64,000 bases of DNA from Podarcis muralis (lineage: Eukaryota), in contig NC_135669.1 in NCBI RefSeq assembly GCF_964188315.1, forward strand, positions 20,274,001 through 20,338,000, written 5' to 3'. Numbering within the stretch: the first letter of the stretch is position 1; each line of letters begins with the position of its first letter. Position numbers and translations under genes: made by a program. Below, piece by piece: positions 34,406 to 48,607 of the stretch. The notes below the pieces were generated by a model that saw nothing but the letters and a program-made list of their open reading frames with translations, was not told the origin of the DNA and ran no database searches.

Positions 34406-36674
34406 CTAAAAGGGAGAATTGACAATTACAGATTATGCCACACTTGAGTACAATTAAAATAACAAGAATAGCGGAGGCGGATTTAGGTTTAAAGCAAGTT
34501 CAGTGCCAAAGTGCATTGTTTACTTATGTAGAAGTAAAAGGGTCAGTCCATTGACTGCCCCTGCGTACACATAGCTGTAGTGCCAACTTATCCATCAGAA
34601 TCAGGCCCCAAAGTTTCGTCAACCAAACTTTATGATAAAGGTTGCTCTCCAGAGTCCCCTGATAGCTTGCAATGGTGAGCTGTGTGGCCATCATGAGATG
34701 GAGAATAAGGTCTTTTTGAGAAAGGTCCATAGCATCCAGGTCAAAGAGTGGCAAAAGAGCAGGCTTGCCTCATATAAACCAGCCATATGTTCAATAGGCT
34801 GCCATGCTAAGGAAACTTGGCAAACTCAGCATTTTGGAGTTCCCGATATATTTCTTTTGGGGGGTTCATTTATTTCCCAGATTCTATGCATTCTCACTCT
34901 CCTTACACTGGAGCCTTCCTCTCCCGCTTTGCCTGCTCTTCCCCACCCAAAGGCATCACCTACCGTTGCCCTAGGCCTGGTCCTGCCCAGCCATTTTTGC
35001 CAGGCCCAGAAGCAAAAGAGGCACATGGCAGCCGACTGCAGTCTGGAACAGACAACAAAAGCCCTTTTATGCAACACAGTCATCCCACCGGCTTCTCTCT
35101 GGGGGCTTGCAGCTTTTCACTCTGTTCAGCGCTGAATGGTTTACTGCTGCCTTCTGCATTCTTTCTCCTCTAACAGCCACTGCAACTCCAGCCGGGCTTT
35201 GTGCACAACCCACCAGCTCAGCTTTTCACCAGTTTTAACAGAGTTTGCAAAAAAAATAAAAATAATCTCTGGCTGGCATCGTTCCCCTCCATGCTGCTCT
35301 GTGCCAGCCACATTCCATAAAGTGTCCTGGATCCGTGTGGAGAAAGAGAAGGATCTGGTTCCCGGCTGCCAGCAGCTTTGAGAGGGCTCCCTTGCCAGCT
35401 GGAAGTCTTTTTAACTTCTTGCAAAACAGAAGTAAAGCCAACTGACCCATATGGTCTCATCTTCATGGGTTGTTCCTCCCTTACACCTGGGATGCTGTCT
35501 CTCTCTTTTGCATTGTGTGTGGTTACAGATAGCTTGGTTGCAACATATTGGCTTGTTTTTTTCTTTTAAACCCCCCCAGAAAACCTTGCCTTACAGTATA
35601 ACAAACCCATGCATCCCTTTATGTTGGTCGATTCTGTTGCTGACTGATGGGCGCACATATTGATTTTAATGACCACAATATTAATGGACTAAAAAATATT
35701 AAGGATTTGGAGATGTGCTTCAAGATATGTTTCCCCATCCCAGGGGATATCAATATATAGTTTCATCATCCCAGGCGATACAGAGAGAGTGTGTGTCTAT
35801 AGCTATGCCTCTGTAATTCTATTTAGCACAGTGAATGCATGGCAATGCCTATAGTTGCAATCTGACTGAATTATACATTAAGAATTGAACTCACTTTTTA
35901 GAGGATTGATTTGTGTTTTCTATAATCTCAGACTGCAATCCACTGCCCCACTGAACCCAGAAAAGCTTATTTCTGGGTAAACAAGCACAGAATCAGATTA
36001 TCAGCACTTGGGGTAACACACTGAGACACAGTTCTGATTGTAGGAATAATCTAAAAAAACAACAACTAAAAGGTTTCCAATAGAGAGGTTGTTTCCAGAT
36101 GGGGTTTTTAATATTATAAATGGGTCACTGAGATATCACGAACAGGTTTTTCCTAAGAAAGGGGAAATTTGGATTAAACAGCAGGTGGCATTTTCATGCA
36201 ACGATGCTATGTGGATGCTGCAAGAAATTTCACATGCATGAAGAACAGCAATCCTACATTACACACTCACTTGGAAGCACCTTCAGTCTCATCAGACCCA
36301 TGCAGAAGGTAGTCACTGCCACACACTGGTGCCCCACTGTGCCTTTGTTCAGGGAGGCAAAAGAGTGGTAAAAAGGGGGCTTCAAACACTCTTTCCATGC
36401 AAGCTCACGAGAACATTTCTACAATTGCAAAATCTGTGTGTGTTATTCTTTGTTTCATAATCACTCTTCCATAGGATTCCCTCAATCGCTGAGTTAGAAT
36501 CACCAGCTCAGCCTTGGATTGTTTGCAATCTACTGTGAGCAAATCAAAGGGAAACGCTACTAGCCAGTCATTTTTCTTACCTTCTCCAAAGTTCTGGTCG
36601 TAAATCTTGCTGGGGTTGGCAAACTCGTACTCCGCGCTCATGGGGTAGGCGTGAGGGACAGTGCGCTCTGCCAT
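33963..36674 (-). CDS. HSPB2: Heat shock protein beta-2, full spliced model, 178 aa
   Basis: complement(join(36581-36674,33963-34405)) = 537 nt. MAERTVPHAYPMSAEYEFANPSKIYDQNFGEG...YHGYYIRPR...alpha-crystallin domain...HGFISREFTRTYILP; head-to-head with CRYAB. Confidence 0.97.
36581..36674 (-). CDS. HSPB2: HSPB2 exon 1 coding part
   Basis: ACCATGG start; 94 nt; donor GAAG|GTAAGA. Confidence 0.96.
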
Positions 36675-36789
36675 GGTCTTTGCTGGGGGAATGGACCTCT
36701 TTGACTACCTGTTTCTGTGTCTCCTTGTGAAGGCTGCAGTCCGATTGCGACGTTTTCCTGGGGCAAATTCCATGGGGTGGGGGAGCAAG

Positions 36790-36980
36790 TGATAAAATAT
36801 GGACCAAAATAGATAGGCCCTGGAACGCCAAGCCCCCAATGCTGACCAAAGAGCTCCTTGCTGCATTCCACTTGAGAGGCATCTTTTCGCTGTGCAGCCC
36901 TCTGACAACGCAGTTGCAGCTGTTAGAAATGTCAGAAATTTGCGATTCTCCCAAGCCGGCCGTGTTGTGGGACAACTGGA
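36790..36980 (-). promoter_or_regulatory. HSPB2 proximal promoter with E-box cluster
   Basis: CAGTTG 36911-16, CAGCTG 36917-22, CAACTG 36973-78; A/T-rich CTATTTTGG and CATATTTTA motifs nearer the ATG. Confidence 0.45.
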
Positions 36981-37236
36981 TGGGAAGCCACATGGATGAA
37001 ATGAAGAGCTGGCTGTAGCCACAGGCAGTGTCCTCTCCTCCAGTCCCACTGTGTTCTCCATGACTCCCTCACGGAGTCCATCCACCAGCCTTCCCCAACC
37101 TGGTGCCCTCCAGCAGTTTTCGAATAAAATCTCATCAGCCCTAGTCAACTCCCAGGATGACTAGACTAGAGGCAGTCTGCGTGGCTGCTCCACAACTATG
37201 TACTATGGAGAGAGTACTTCAGTATGTTTTACAGAC

Positions 37237-37630
37237 CAGTACGTTTCCGAGCACAATTCAAAGTGTTAGTGTTGACCTTTAAAGCCCTAAATGGCCTAAG
37301 CCCAGTATACCTGAAGGAGCTTCTCCACCCCCATCGTTCTGCCCGGATACTGAGGTCTAGTGCCGAGGGCCTTCTGGCGGTTCCCTCGCTGCGAGAAGCC
37401 AAGGTACAGGGAACCAGGCAGAGGGCCTTCTCGGTAGTGGCGCCCGCCCCGTGGAACGCCCTCCCATCAGATGTCAAAGAGATAAACAACTACCTGACAT
37501 TCAGAAGACATCTTAAGGCAGCCCTGTTCAGGGAAGTTTTTAATGTGTGACATCTTAGTGTATTTTTGGTCTTTGTGGAAGCTGCCCAGAGTGGCTGGGG
37601 AAACCCAGCCAGATGGGCGGGGTACAAATA

Positions 37631-37680
<50 letters not shown>
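37237..37680 (+). mobile_element. 5'-truncated L2 LINE with (AAT)n tail
   Basis: Uninterrupted ORF2 C-terminus PVRFRAQFKVLVLTFKALNG...AFSVVAPAPWNALP; 9-bp TSD TTACAGACC (37228-36, 37681-89). Confidence 0.92.
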
Positions 37681-37681
<1 letters not shown>

Positions 37682-39023
37682 TACAGACCGCTTCAGGTAA
37701 AAGCGCTTACCAGCTTGCCAAGTCGTTACAGCCTTAGCGGCCACAATCCCCAAATGCAATGCTTAAAGACATTGGGAGATACTTCTGCATTAATGTAGCA
37801 GGAAGGCTGCATAAGATGCTCAATTGTTGTTGATGGGCTAGTCTGTAGCACGTTTCTCTGTTCTGGTATCCTTCAGGTAAGAACACAAGAAAAGCATGGC
37901 TAATGGTTGGGTCCTATGGTCCCAAACATCTCGAGGGCACCAGCTTGAGGAAGGCTGGCCTGGAGCTGAATAGGGAAAAGGTTGGCAGTGAGGAATCAGC
38001 TGGAGCCTGGAACCACTATAGGTATGTTTTGTTCTGAGCTCACAATGTATCATTTCGTTTGGCTCAAAAGAAGTGATTCGTATGCTACGCAAACGTGCAA
38101 AGGGGCTGTTCTGCCACAGGAGTAAAAAAAGAAAACCCACATGGTTTGGCAAATGGTCATCTGCATCCAGAGAGAGGCAGAGAGGGAGACACTGGGCACT
38201 GGATAAAGTGGTAGGGGAAAAGGACATCTAAAGTTAATGTGGCATCTGAATATAGACTGCATTTTTAATCAAGGTCTATATTGACTTATATTTTGATCAG
38301 GTTCAAAAAGTCTAAAAAGGGCTTGAATTCATAAAAGTTTCATGCCAGGCAGACCAGCTGCTTAAGAAAACACTGGCAATGTTTTCCTCCTAGACAAGGG
38401 GCCCCCCTTGATTTATAGCAGAAAACAATTCTCAAAGTCGTAAAAGCTGAAATTACAGGCTGAGAACGGACACTGACCCTACATGTTACAGAAGATAACA
38501 AAGGCAGAGATAAATATAATTAGGAATGAGTAAATAGTAAAATAATACCAATGTGCCTCCCAGTAAAATGAGCTAGATCTTCTTTCCAAGGTTAAAGACC
38601 AAATGGAGAAGCATCTGGCTGGCAGAAAGAAAGCATTTTTGGGAAGTCTTTTTTAAAGCTGTTTTCTTTCTTAAACTGAGAGAGTTTAAGGGTAATAAAT
38701 ATTGGGAACAGCTAAAGAGGAGAGCAGATGGCTGAAGGGGGGGTAAACTGAAGGGGTTCCTTTTAAAACCTGTTTTTTACTGAGTTCCTTCCTTTCTATT
38801 TTGAGAAGCTTTATTCTTTTAAAAGGTTACCTATGATAATGTATGAAATATATTAGCTTAAATATATTGGCTTAAATGTAATTATGCAAAGGATTTAAGA
38901 AATGCTAGATTCTTATTTCATATAGTTGTAAGAGTTGTATTTATCCTGAAATTAAGTCAGTCACCAGCGTAGCCCCCCCCTGCCAGACAAGAAGACGCTA
39001 TCTGGGCGCTCCTGATATATAGT

Positions 39024-39455
39024 TGTCAGACATTTGTTTAGAAACCTTCAAAATGAAGGAGATCTTTCAATGTTGATGTGAAACTCAAGATCCTTGACAT
39101 ATGTTTAAGATAAAAATTTAAGATTAACCATTTGTTTTAGAAGGCAATAGGGCAAGGAGGGCAAGAGGTGAGCTGGTAATTAAGATTCCATGTAAGATAT
39201 ATTATTACTTATTTGTCATTTATATATAGCTCTTTGTCTCCCTTATAAGGATAGAAGGAAATGGGTGTATCTTTTTGTGATTAGTTATAGCAATCAGCCA
39301 ATAGGAAATCCAACCAGGCTGGTTGGACAGATGCAGCCACAAGAGGAGCAAAGGGGGCTGGATTAAGGAAATATAAGTGCTGGCCATAATGGCAGGAGGC
39401 CAGGCCAGAGCTTGGTAACCATATACCACTGTGCCTCTCATTTATTTGTCTGACA
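39024..39455 (-). mobile_element. Probable LTR
   Basis: TG...CA ends with 9-bp inverted repeat TGTCAGACA; ATTGG and TATATATAAA on -; no TSD. Confidence 0.4.
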
Positions 39456-39736
39456 AATAAATTATTATTTTAATTTCTCTATTGCTGCGTTGAATATTTC
39501 ATTCCAGCTAAGCGTTAACCACAAGCAGGGTGCTACATTACCCCCTATTTCCTTCCCTGTGGACTTCTGACTCTGCTTGGTAGTGAAAGAAAGGATCCTC
39601 TCTCTACCAGGACCAGTTGCTGCCTGATGCAAAAACAACACAAAACAAAACAAAACAAAACAGGTGCTCTCCCCACCAGGCCACCTATTTATTTATATAG
39701 TCAATGCATTCACACTTCACCTTTCCCCCAAGGAAC

Positions 39737-40191
39737 CAGGGCCAGATTCAGGTTTGATGAGGCCCTAAGCTACTGAAGGTAATGGGGCCCTTTACATGTC
39801 CAGCTGTCCTTTGTCAACAACAAATTGTCACTGTTTTTTGTGTTGAATATATGCTATGTGGTAATTTATGGACCTAATAGGTATCTAAATCCATTTGCAT
39901 ATGTTGCCATGCACCCAGTCCATGCAGAATGTAGGCACCCTATATACAGAAATGAGCAAACCAGTGATATTTTAGGGAGCAGGCTAACAGGCGGGGCCCA
40001 TTACTTATATCATAGGAGCCTACACAACACAAAACACTGTTGCTGTATGTAGGTTTTATTTTATTTGTTTTTCATCTTATATTTCGGAAATGTACGTCCA
40101 GTGTTTTTTTTCCTTTACATTTTTTTGGGAGTCCCAAGAGAGTGGGATCCTAAGCTATAGCATGTTTAGCTTATACATAAATCCGGCACTG
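39737..40191 (+). mobile_element. hAT-type MITE
   Basis: TIRs CAGGGCCAGATTCA / TAAATCCGGCACTG; perfect 8-bp TSD CAAGGAAC. Confidence 0.85.
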
Positions 40192-40214
40192 CAAGGAACG
40201 CAAGGTTCCACCCA

Positions 40215-40355
40215 CCTTCCCATTTTATCCTCGCAACAACCCTGTGGGATAGTTCAGGCCGAGAGATGATAACTAGCCCAAGGCCGCCCATCCAGTGATC
40301 TTTATGGCTTAATGGGGATTTGAACCCTAGTCCAGTACCCTAACCCCTGCACTGC
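40215..40355 (-). mobile_element. Old tRNA-derived SINE fragment (Squam3-like); similar pieces near 45705-45830 and 51100-51225
   Basis: Recurring TCCTCxCAACAACCCTGTG...GGxTTTGAAC motif set. Confidence 0.4.
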
Positions 40356-41530
40356 ACTGTAAGATAAACCAACTGGACTGAGAGCTGAATCTTCCTTTGT
40401 TACTGGTGATGGGATAGAGTTCTGAACCGTCTGTACATGAAAGAAGCAGGCTAGTTGTGAGGCTTGGAAGGGGCAGGACAAGATGTGTCCCTCAACAGAA
40501 GCGTACAGCCAGAGGCCTCAAGAGGAACATCTGGAGAAGCTGCCCCTTTCTGCCCCCACCCCAGAATTTGCCCCCTGAGGCAGCTGCTTCAATCTGCCTC
40601 AACCTGTCTGAATGGGTCCAGCATCCACAAAGATTCCCAATGCGTGCAGATCCCTGTCACACTTAGCTTTGTCAAACATACAGTGTGACCTTGGGCCAGT
40701 CTCTCAAATGCTAATCTACCTCCCTGGGGTACTGTGAATAACAAACTGTGCCATCCCTTGTAAAATGTCCTGCCAAGGAGGAAAGACACAAAGGTGTTAA
40801 GGACTTTCCCCACAACCGAATGCCCTCCATTAGGCCCAGCCCTTCAGTTCTTACCCTCAGGAAAGCTGGCAGAGGACTGCAATCTTTCCTCAGTAGAAAT
40901 GATTCACAGAGTGCAAGAAGCATCACCATCGCACTCATCATCCCTTATTCATTTGTGATGTGATGTGAAACCAGAGACTTATTGAAGACCCTTTGGGGCA
41001 GCAGGTGCACAGACATCTTGTCTCCCTTGTTATTTACATGAGATGAAACTGGAGAAGGAAGCCATCTCAGAGACCATAGCTGGCTACGGCCAGGCAAAAT
41101 GTTGCCCCCCCCAGTCAACCCCCCCCCCCCACCTTACAGCTCCATCCTACTTCAGCAGCATCTGGTCCTGGCTGTCACAGGATGGCTCAAGGGAGAACCT
41201 GTGCCCTTTTAAATGGAAAGTATAAAAGCATACCAGCCTCTCTCATCAATTTTTCTCTCCTTTGAAATTCGCTATCCTGCAAATTTCATGCAGCTCTCCA
41301 ATGGAAAATTATTCCTAGAAATGCAAATATTAGTGCAAATATGACACACAAGTGCATTGTATTAGGTGAAATTGCTTGCCAAAATGGATTAAGGGAAGTG
41401 CACACTAAAATGCTGGTGAATTTTTGCAAGGACTTCAAAAAACCCTGCAAACTAATGTGGAAATTTAGTGAATTGGACTGAAGTTTGGGAAATAGAGAGA
41501 TGCAGAAATTGACTGAATCATCCATCCCTA

Positions 41531-41975
41531 GTGTGTATATATATAATTTTTATTAAATTTTCTGTTTCACAATTTAGAATATTCATTTAAACAACTTTAA
41601 AATATCAATGACTTCCCTTCTTCTCTTTCCATGGTTCATTTTACAGAGCATAAATCCCTGCATATTTTATATAACCTGTCCTAAACCATTCAGTATTCCA
41701 TTATTATTTCCATCAAAACTTATTTACACTCTTGAATTTATCTTAATGCTGCCAATGTTTTCAAGTGTACACAATTCCCCCCCCCCATATTCAATAAACA
41801 TTTTCCAATCTTCCTTAAACGAATGTTCTTCTCTTATTCTATAAGTTAGATCCACAAGCTGCGCATCTTCCATCAGTTTAAGTTGCCATTCTTCTTTGGC
41901 TGGGACCTTGTTCGTTTTCCATTTTTGGGCTAACAAAACATAAGCCGTCGTCGTGGCAAAGACAATTCCCAATAG
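41531..41975 (-). mobile_element. L1-clade LINE 3' fragment
   Basis: Translates to VLLAQKWKTNKVPAKEEWQLKLME...FKEDWKMFIEY; A-rich 3' tail with AATAAA. Confidence 0.75.
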
Positions 41976-42635
41976 CTGCCAGCCAGATGCTTTTCAGAAG
42001 CTCTCAAGGAGGGCATGGGAATGATTGCCAGCATATGGCAACACATGTCCAGTCCTTCCGTAAATTTAGCAATCATAGCTCAGCTTGGCCAGCTCTACTG
42101 GAGGGGTGCTTCTTGTTGCCTGCAAGTTCCCCAAGAGGCCCCAGCTCAGGTGCAATCACAACTACAGATCTGACAAAAGGCAATTCCCAGCTACGGGTAC
42201 CACCAACGCACAGCACGGGTTACACCCTTGGAGGGATGGGGGCGAAGAAAGAGGAACAGAGAGAGTGGAAACAGGTCAGGCAGCATTCATGTCATGCTCA
42301 GCTGGAGGTGGTGTAATGGCTGGCTGCAGCCTTGCATCTCCTTTCAGGAGCCTGAGCAATCAGACTTAACACTCCCAGTTTTAAATTTAACCCAGTAGGC
42401 TACATTAGTCAGCTCTTATTCTTAGCAGCTGAATCGGAGGGAACGGGGATGGGAAGTGTTTGGCTTGAAGGGAAAGGTATGAGGAAGTAAACAAACATTC
42501 AAAAGTTCAGATCCAAACATGGCAAGGAGGCCAAACGGATAACAAGGTACCTTCTTTCAATATAACCTCTTGAGCACGTGAACAGAAATGGAATTCAAGC
42601 AAGCAAAGGCTTCTAGATCAATAAGGTCAAATGAT

Positions 42636-42694
<59 letters not shown>
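42636..42694. repeat. (GAAA)n microsatellite
   Basis: Perfect tandem GAAA. Confidence 0.95.
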
Positions 42695-43005
42695 CTTTTT
42701 CTGTGTCACTCCAAAGGACAGGACTAAAACAGATCACTGGAAAGTAAATAGAGAGCAGATTTCGGCTAAGTATTAAAGAAACTCCCCAATGGTTCAACTC
42801 TGGGATCTCTCTCAGTGAAAGTATTTAATTCATCTGTCATGGATCTTGCCGTTGCTGATGCTGCACTGAGCACTGGGTTAAGCTAGATTGGTTGGCCACT
42901 GTGAGAACAGGAAGCTGGACTAGGTGAACCTTTGGCCTGATCCAGCAGGCTATTCTTACATTCTAGATTACCTCTAAGGCACCTTCCAGCACTATGGTTC
43001 TATGA
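42695..43005 (+). mobile_element. Degenerate CR1 3' fragments
   Basis: CR1-like ...CCTTCCAGCACTATGGTTCTATGA tail. Confidence 0.55.
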
Positions 43006-43469
43006 AAGAGGAAAAATCCTTGCCTGGTCCCTCTGCACTTGTATGATGTTTCTAACAGCAGCCACCTGAAGATCTCTGGAAGATGACAAGCAGGGCATTA
43101 AGGCAGTAGGTATGTCCTGTTTGCCTCCACCATCTTGTAACCAGAGGCACATGGATGTTCAGATATCCTGGCTATTAGCAGTGGGCATCTCTTCCACGGA
43201 TGTATCTCGCCCTTAAAAACAACAGAAGCCACCCAAAGGAGTTGCTGACACCACCACATCTTGTGGCAGTGAGTTTTGTAAGCGCTGGTCACACTGAGTG
43301 GAATGGGACTTCCTTTTTGCCTGTGCAGATTCTGCCACAAATTGACTTTCTTGGGCAACTCTTTGAGCATCAGTTTTACATCACAGGGACCAAGACGTCT
43401 CATTGAGTAACCTTTCTGTTTCAACACAGCCAGAGTGGAGAGGAAGGACACAGCCCGGCTGCAATGGAA

Positions 43470-43860
43470 ATCGGAAGATTCCAAGCGACAGAGATACAAC
43501 AGTGCCTTGTTTCTCTCTGTGTGAGACAAAGATAGTAACTGTGTGAGTGGCGCTGGCATCCGAAGTAGGAGAGAATACCAGATCGGCCTGACCGGGCTTT
43601 TTTTAAAATATAAAAAATATATAATAAGAAGGGAGGGGGCGCGAGGAGATTTCATGCTGACCTGCTAGAATTTAGCTGTGTTCTTTTTCCTTGGCAATGT
43701 GGGTGCTGAGTGGGATGTACAAATCTCCAGCTAATCTGCCAGCCAGCGCTGAATGGTGCAGATGGGAGAACAGGGATAATGAAATGCCTGACATCACCAT
43801 TCCAGAGAATTCAGCCTGGGCACAGCCTGGCACCAGGGAGCATATAAAGCCCTGGCTCTT
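43470..43860 (+). promoter_or_regulatory. CRYAB enhancer and promoter
   Basis: GGAAGATTCC 43473-82, AGATAG about 43530, Maf half-sites TGCTGAC 43655 and TGCTGAG 43704, HSE-like TTCcaGAGaaTTC 43800-12, TATAAA 43843-48. Confidence 0.7.
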
Positions 43861-43910
43861 GGCTTGTTGGAGTGCACTGCTGCCCACTGTCTCCTCCGGG
43901 ACCAACTCAG

Positions 43911-47752
<3,842 letters not shown>

Positions 47753-47879
47753 ACATGCCCTTTGAGACCTACTCTTTTATACCCAAGAAAGCCTTTCCAT
47801 TGGATGCAAACAGCAGGCGGTGTCACTGGCTGGCTGTTCTTATTTATTTGTGCTAAGCAAATGAGCTTGTTTACTAACA

Positions 47880-47885
47880 AATAAA
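47880..47885 (+). terminator. CRYAB polyadenylation signal
   Basis: AATAAA about 130 nt after the stop codon. Confidence 0.7.
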
Positions 47886-48180
47886 CCGATGAGTAAGCAT
47901 CTGGCGGCTTCTTTCCTCAATCTTCGGGGCAGGGTCAATTTGAGACAGGGCTCAGCCCTACAGCATGCAAACTTGTGTTAAAAAAAAGAGAGGGAGAATA
48001 GCTCTGAGCACATGCAGAGTTCCCTTCTGCTCTGGCAGAGCAACCACAAACAGTGTTGGGGGAAAATAATTTCACTGGCTCTTCTAGCTTTGGCTACACA
48101 GAAAAACAAATGTAACAGCTAACAAACAAAAATTAGGTGGTGCTTCACAAAACGTCAGAGGGAAAGTACAGTAAAAACTT

Positions 48181-48183
<3 letters not shown>

Positions 48184-48222
<39 letters not shown>
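48184..48222. repeat. (CA)n microsatellite
   Basis: Perfect CA run between the convergent 3' ends. Confidence 0.95.
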
Positions 48223-48224
<2 letters not shown>

Positions 48225-48273
48225 AAGCCATGAGAAGTAAGAAGAATCTCCTTCTCACTCTGACACAGACTCT

Positions 48274-48279
48274 TTTATT
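48274..48279 (-). terminator. Candidate CFAP68 polyadenylation signal
   Basis: AATAAA on the - strand about 150 nt after the stop codon. Confidence 0.55.
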
Positions 48280-48428
48280 CACAGACATGGTTTTGTGAGT
48301 TGCTGCATGGCAGCCTAGCTTTTAAGTGGATGGGTGGGTGGGGAAAAGAGGGGGCAACTAGGTCACACAGGCAGGGCCTTTCAAGCAACCCCGGCTGTCC
48401 TGAAGCGGAAGAGAGACCTACTCTAGTC

Positions 48429-48607
48429 CTACTGCTTCAGCGGAGTCCCTTGCTCTTCTTTGGGCTTCGTGTCAACCAAGCAGCAGGCTCCCTTCTTCTG
48501 TGGAGGCTCATAATCTATCATGTAGCATGACCGGGCAGTTGGCTTGATTGGAGGAGGCTCCAGCTCTGGCTGGTGTCCAGGGAACCAGTGAACATCTCGC
48601 ATAACTC
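48429..48607 (-). CDS. CFAP68: CFAP68 last coding exon
   Basis: CTCTTAG|GAGTTATG, phase 1; ends TAG. Confidence 0.92.

Noticed and set aside
37490-37798. Poly-Asn and poly-Ile ORFs
   Set aside because: Translations of the (AAT)n tail of the L2 insertion.
43098-43655. 185-aa antisense ORF over the CRYAB upstream region
   Set aside because: No recognisable domain or compositional bias; it overlaps regulatory motifs and is consistent with a chance ORF.
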